This document shows positions 63,949-64,000 of a stretch of DNA of 64,000 nt, in pieces. Source of the stretch: Acidimicrobiia bacterium. GTDB lineage: Bacteria > Actinomycetota > Acidimicrobiia > Spongiisociales > UBA5794. The DNA is taken from the NCBI GenBank assembly GCA_003235475.1, contig QJWC01000031.1, positions 1,042-65,041 on the forward strand. Reading direction: 5' to 3'. The notes beneath the pieces are model-generated. The model made no database searches. It had not been told where the DNA came from and saw only the letters and a list, made by a program, of their open reading frames with translations. Made by a program: the position numbers and the translations under genes. How positions within the stretch are numbered: position 1 is the first letter of the stretch; each line of letters starts with the position of its first letter.

Positions 63949-64000
63949 CAGTCCTTGAACAAGGCGAGCGATTCGGCGATGTCGTCGACGCCGATCCCCG
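63936..64000 (-). CDS. 3' end of an unidentified CDS running in from the right edge
   Basis: My reverse-strand reading gives ...GIGVDDIAESLALFKDWCEA, then TGA at 63938-63936. It overlaps the glycerate-kinase start by 13 nt. Too short to assign. Confidence 0.4.
   Translation of the reverse strand, partial: GIGVDDIAESLALFKDWCEA

Overview
This is a visibly GC-rich, almost fully coding chromosomal segment. Third codon positions are dominated by G/C, GTG/TTG starts are common, and many genes share 4-nt ATGA/GTGA/TTGA start-stop overlaps. It looks actinobacterial, possibly Acidimicrobiia-like, but the taxon is a guess. I call 56 CDS (two cut by the window edges), one tRNA-Lys(UUU), one tandem glycine riboswitch, a few strong hairpins and one short repeated palindromic element. 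I saw no transposase, integrase, phage gene, CRISPR array or recognisable defence gene.

Layout, left to right:
- gcvP behind a glycine riboswitch.
- A SRAP-DUF2332-FMO-membrane protein string.
- Two ABC-2 exporter pairs flanking a PAT-like GNAT.
- A 5'-3' exonuclease, an MFS transporter and an Asp/Glu racemase.
- A BMP-type nucleoside ABC importer.
- hutF translationally coupled to def.
- Small exported proteins and a cupin-adenylate cyclase.
- An XRE-cupin regulator plus SDR, divergent from a tightly coupled 12-gene, roughly 14 kb catabolic operon (25.4-39.6 kb).
- An anchored M1-like metallopeptidase, then tRNA-Lys.
- An FAD oxidoreductase divergent from a BisC-like molybdoenzyme.
- A prolyl aminopeptidase divergent from a ferritin-like protein.
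- A TPR-adenylate cyclase.
- A gntR-ygeW-xdhD-ssnA-ygfK operon divergent from a three-subunit xanthine-dehydrogenase-family enzyme.
- A glycerate kinase.

Most interesting:
1. The high-GC, minimal version of the enterobacterial/clostridial ygeW-xdhD-ssnA-ygfK purine-associated cluster. It sits beside a second molybdenum hydroxylase, and a perfect palindrome lies in the shared control region.
2. An ABC permease fused in frame to an amidohydrolase domain. It lies in an operon that also carries a catalytically degenerate paralog of that amidohydrolase, an orphan E1 alpha/beta pair with no E2, a bicupin and an M24 enzyme with an altered metal site.
3. A roughly 50-nt palindrome-containing repeat found in inverted orientation at two convergent gene ends.

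All family assignments come from reading motifs by eye. No search was run.
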